A DNA stretch of 64,000 nucleotides, taken from positions 14,160 through 78,159 of the forward strand of contig CAZSNA010000004.1 in assembly GCA_964607825.1 (NCBI GenBank), given 5' to 3'. The translations under genes were made by a program, and so were the position numbers. Positions within the stretch are counted from its first letter, which is position 1, and each line of letters starts with the position of its first letter. Shown here piece after piece: positions 60,676 through 64,000 of this stretch. The notes under the pieces were generated by a model. It saw only the letters and a program-made list of their open reading frames with translations, was not told where the DNA came from and did not search any database. This DNA comes from an uncultured Fibrobacteraceae bacterium (lineage in GTDB: Bacteria > Krumholzibacteriota > Krumholzibacteriia > LZORAL124-64-63).

Positions 60676-61106
60676 CGCACATGCACGACCTCATCGCGGC
60701 CTACGTCGACGGACGCCTCGCCGAGGCGGATCGCGAGGCCGTCGACGCCCATTGCGCCGTCTGCCCGGACTGCGCCCGCGCCCTGGCCGAGACCCGGGCG
60801 GTGTGGGACCTGATGGGCGAGGCGCACGCTCCCGAGCCGACCCGCTCCGTCTGGCCGGACGTGGTCGAGTCGACGGCGCCCCGGCAGGCGCCCGCCTGGC
60901 GCCGCGCGGCCTTCGGGACGCTCTCGGCGGCCGCGGCGGCCGGCGGCCTGCTGATCGGCGTCCAGCAGTACACGTCCGGCGGCCTGGTCGACCTGGCCGC
61001 CCTGGACGAGACCCTCGACGGCACCACGCTCGCCGGCGACACGTCCTGGAGCTTCGGCTACGCCCTGGACGACGCGCTGTCTCTCGACACGGGCGAGGAG
61101 GACTGA
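60672..61106 (+). CDS. Zinc-finger (HxxxCxxC) anti-sigma factor
   Basis: AYVDG.L...HCAVCPDC plus one TM helix. Confidence 0.85.
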   Translation: MTHMHDLIAAYVDGRLAEADREAVDAHCAVCPDCARALAETRAVWDLMGEAHAPEPTRSVWPDVVESTAPRQAPAWRRAAFGTLSAAAAAGGLLIGVQQYTSGGLVDLAALDETLDGTTLAGDTSWSFGYALDDALSLDTGEED

Positions 61107-61107
61107 C

Positions 61108-61602
61108 ATGAAGCGCCTGATCCTGCCGCTGCTGCTGCTCTCGATCGGCCTGAACATCGGCCTGGGCATCACCCTCAAGCGCCAGCGGAGCGAACTGGAC
61201 CGTCTGCCCCCCTGGGTATTCCGGGATCGCGGCCCCGAGGCCGGCCGGCCCGGGGGAGGCCCGCATCACGGCGGGCACATGGGTCGCCTGCGCGAGATGC
61301 GTGATCGCATCCAGCCGGAGATGGAAACCCGCCAGGCGGCCTTCAAGGCGGCGCGCGAGGCCCTGTACGAGGCCCTGGCCCGCGAGCCCATGGACGAGGA
61401 CGAGATCCTGGCCCGGGTCGGCGACGTGATCACCGTCCAGGGCGGCATCGACTCCCTGATGACCTCCAACCTGGTCGAGGAGCTGAAGGGCATGGCTCCC
61501 GAGTCGCGCCGCGAGGTGATCCGCCTGCTCGATCGCTTCGATGACCGTCGCAGGGGCCGTTTCGGCGGCCGTAGGGGCGGTCGCCCGTCCGTCTCCCCTT
61601 GA
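61108..61602 (+). CDS. Periplasmic heavy-metal-sensor/ZraP-like protein
   Basis: LLSIGLNIG anchor, helical body, position after the anti-sigma gene. Confidence 0.7.
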   Translation: MKRLILPLLLLSIGLNIGLGITLKRQRSELDRLPPWVFRDRGPEAGRPGGGPHHGGHMGRLREMRDRIQPEMETRQAAFKAAREALYEALAREPMDEDEILARVGDVITVQGGIDSLMTSNLVEELKGMAPESRREVIRLLDRFDDRRRGRFGGRRGGRPSVSP

Positions 61603-61627
61603 CACGGCTTGCGCCGTAGCGTTTAAT
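61599..61627 (+). promoter_or_regulatory. sigma70 promoter
   Basis: TTGACA-N17-TTTAAT. Confidence 0.65.
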
Positions 61628-61755
61628 TCCCGTAGCTTACCGAAGTTACGGGATACGCGCTGCGGGTCCGTCCGCGCGCGATTCCGGCTCCACCGACTAC
61701 GGTCATCGATATCGACCCCGATAGCCCGTTTCGCGCGATCCAGGGAGTTGTCTGC

Positions 61756-62952
61756 ATGAGCGCCAAGAGAATCCTCGTCGTATCCGGCCTGCTGGCTCTC
61801 GCCCTGTTCGTGGGTTGCCGATCCGCCCACGTCACCAGCTCCATCATCTACATCGATCAGCAGATGTTCGACAAGGCCATCGAGGTGCTGCACGAGGGTC
61901 TGGAGTACAGTCCCGACGAGGCGGAGGCCTACTTCTACCTGGGCGAGGCCCACTCCAAGAAGGCCGAGGAGATGATCCGCGAGAACGATTATCTCGACGC
62001 CAAGAACAACTACGTCATGGCCTACGACTACTACATGCAGTCCCTGGACATGATGCCCGAGCTGTACGACAAGGTGCAGGAGTCGCTGCTCTACAGCTAC
62101 GTCATGCAGAGCAACAACGCGAAGAACGAGTACCAGGCCGGCTTCTACGAGGCCGCCGAGGGCTACTTCCGCCTGGCCTACGCCTGCCTGCCCGATTCGG
62201 TCGCGCCCATCAAGAACCTGGCCCGCATGAAGATCCAGCTGGCCATGGAGAACGACAACGACGCCGCGATCCTCGAGGAGGCCCTCGTTCTGATCGACCA
62301 GGTCCTGGCCGGCAACCCCGGCGCCTACGAGCTGCTGTCGGACAAGGCCAACGTGCTCAGCCGCCTCGAGCGCAAGGACGAGGCCGCCGCCATCTACGAC
62401 CAGCTCCTGGCCGAGCACCCGGACGACGCGCCGCTGATGATCGACATCGCCAACCTCTCCCAGGAGCAGGGCGACTTCGAGCGGGCCGGCGACCTGCTGG
62501 TGCGGGTGATGACCATCTACGAGAACGACGACGACACCACCAACGACGAGGACGTCTACTTCCTCTCGCTGCAGGCGGCCGCCTTCTTCGGCGACAGCCG
62601 CGTGGGCCGCTTCCAGGAGGCCATCGATCTCTACGACAAGGCCCTGCGCATGGAGGACATCCCGACCGAGAGCACGCTGCTGAACAAGCTGATGCTGCAC
62701 TACAACTACGGTCAGGCCATCGTGGCGCAGTACAACGAGGAAGAGGACCCGGTCCGGAAGGCCGAGTACGAGACGCAGGCGACCGAGCAGTTCCAGGCCG
62801 GCGTCGCCGTGGGCAACGCGCTCATCGGCCAGTACTTCGAGAGCGTCAACGGCTTCTACTACCTGGCCGAGTGCCATCGCCTGCTGGGCGACGAGGCCAA
62901 CTTCAACGCGAACATGGAGCAGTGGCGGAAGCTCTCGAACCTCGACGAATAG
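61756..62952 (+). CDS. TPR-repeat lipoprotein
   Basis: Lipobox FVGC, TPRs (EAYFYLGE, GFYYLAE). Confidence 0.8.
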   Translation: MSAKRILVVSGLLALALFVGCRSAHVTSSIIYIDQQMFDKAIEVLHEGLEYSPDEAEAYFYLGEAHSKKAEEMIRENDYLDAKNNYVMAYDYYMQSLDMMPELYDKVQESLLYSYVMQSNNAKNEYQAGFYEAAEGYFRLAYACLPDSVAPIKNLARMKIQLAMENDNDAAILEEALVLIDQVLAGNPGAYELLSDKANVLSRLERKDEAAAIYDQLLAEHPDDAPLMIDIANLSQEQGDFERAGDLLVRVMTIYENDDDTTNDEDVYFLSLQAAAFFGDSRVGRFQEAIDLYDKALRMEDIPTESTLLNKLMLHYNYGQAIVAQYNEEEDPVRKAEYETQATEQFQAGVAVGNALIGQYFESVNGFYYLAECHRLLGDEANFNANMEQWRKLSNLDE

Positions 62953-62987
62953 ACGTGACCCCGCCTTCGGGCGGGGTCGAACGCCGC

Positions 62988-63016
62988 TGGACACGGCGCG
63001 GCCCTTGGTGTATGAT
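62988..63016 (+). promoter_or_regulatory. sigma70 promoter of rho, preceded by a UUCG hairpin (62957-62978)
   Basis: TGGACA-N17-TATGAT. Confidence 0.65.
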
Positions 63017-63183
63017 CCTTGGGCTGCAAGGAATCCGCTCTCACGAAATAAATCGCAAACCGCAAACGTCGTGACCGGCCCGGGGAGAGCCGCGTCCGGC
63101 GAATCCCACCGCTCGTTCGAGCCCGTTTCCGGGACAGCGACTCCTACCAGAGAATCCCGTCAATCACAGCGCACAGGAGCGAC

Positions 63184-64000
63184 ATGGACATCAAGGAACT
63201 CCAGGACAAGAGCATCATCGAGCTCGTGGACATCGCCAAGGACCTGCAGATCGAGGGACTGAGCACCCTGCGCAAGTCCGAGCTCATCTTCAAGATCCTC
63301 GAGGGCCAGACCGAGAAGAACGGACTGATCTACGCCGAGGGCGTGCTGCAGGTGCTGCAGGAGGGCTACGGCTTCCTCCGCTCGGCCAAGTACAACTACC
63401 TGCCCGGCCCCGACGACATCTATCTCTCCCCGTCCCAGATCAAGAAGTTCGACCTGAAGACCGGCGACACGGTCGCGGGACAGGTGCGTCCGCCCAAGGA
63501 CAACGAGCGCTACTTCGCGCTTCTCAAGGTGGAGTCCGTCAACTACGAGGACCCCGAGAAGGCGAAGACCATGACGCTCTTCGACAACCTGACGCCGCTG
63601 TATCCGGAGGAGATGCTCAACCTCGAGTGCGAGAACGGGGACATCACCACGCGGCTGGTCAACCTGATGGCGCCCATCGGCAAGGGGCAGCGCGGCCTGA
63701 TCGTCTCGCCGCCGCGCGCCGGCAAGACCATCATCCTGCAGAAGATCGCCAACGCCATCACCGAGAACAATCCCGACGTGCACCTGATCGTGCTGCTCAT
63801 CGACGAGCGGCCCGAGGAGGTCACGGACATGGCGCGGTCGGTCAAGGGCGAGGTGGTCAGCTCCACCTTCGACGAGCCCGCCGAGCGCCACGTGCAGGTG
63901 GCCAGCATGGTGCTGGCCAAGGCCCGCCGCCTGGTGGAGCACCACCAGGACGTGGTCATCCTGCTCGATTCGATCACCCGCCTGGCCCGCGCCCACAACA
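63184..64000 (+). CDS. rho: Transcription termination factor Rho; 3'-truncated and absent from the ORF track
   Basis: MDIKEL...[85 protein letters not shown]. Confidence 0.97.
   Translation, partial: MDIKELQDKSIIELVDIAKDLQIEGLSTLRKSELIFKILEGQTEKNGLIYAEGVLQVLQEGYGFLRSAKYNYLPGPDDIYLSPSQIKKFDLKTGDTVAGQVRPPKDNERYFALLKVESVNYEDPEKAKTMTLFDNLTPLYPEEMLNLECENGDITTRLVNLMAPIGKGQRGLIVSPPRAGKTIILQKIANAITENNPDVHLIVLLIDERPEEVTDMARSVKGEVVSSTFDEPAERHVQVASMVLAKARRLVEHHQDVVILLDSITRLARAHN

Overview
High-GC chromosomal window from a probably anaerobic bacterium. Four secreted proteins share a PNP(F/T)-type FlgD-Ig/T9SS-like C-terminal domain, suggesting an FCB-related lineage such as Krumholzibacteriota/Latescibacterota (inference). 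Contents: (1) A 17.5-kb divergent redox cluster. Leftward: a sigma54-driven DsrK/HmcF-like, DsrM/HmcE-like, HmcB-like, NrfD::hexaheme-cytochrome fusion, PAS kinase and two receiver genes. Rightward: qmoABC joined directly to dsrJOP and an OrpR-like PAS sigma54 activator. No aprAB, sat, dsrAB or dsrC is in the window. (2) Housekeeping genes (yciH, hflKC, feoAB, asnS, mscS, DD-carboxypeptidase, rocD, glgP, ogt, ychF, an ECF sigma/anti-sigma module, rho). (3) A low-GC HNH gene inserted at the asnS stop, with the same 18-bp palindrome upstream of and inside the gene. (4) The most striking unannotated signal: a small secreted acidic peptide gene, a TPR-domain sigma54 activator, a nested inverted-repeat enhancer array, a sigma54 promoter and an ~80-nt ORF-less, terminated RNA with an anti-Shine-Dalgarno-like UUCCCCCUUUC loop. 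A second sigma54-promoter/RNA candidate with the same seed lies near 33.1-33.2 kb. All calls were made by eye, with no database searches; many start codons were re-picked from the ORF track using RBS and overlap evidence.
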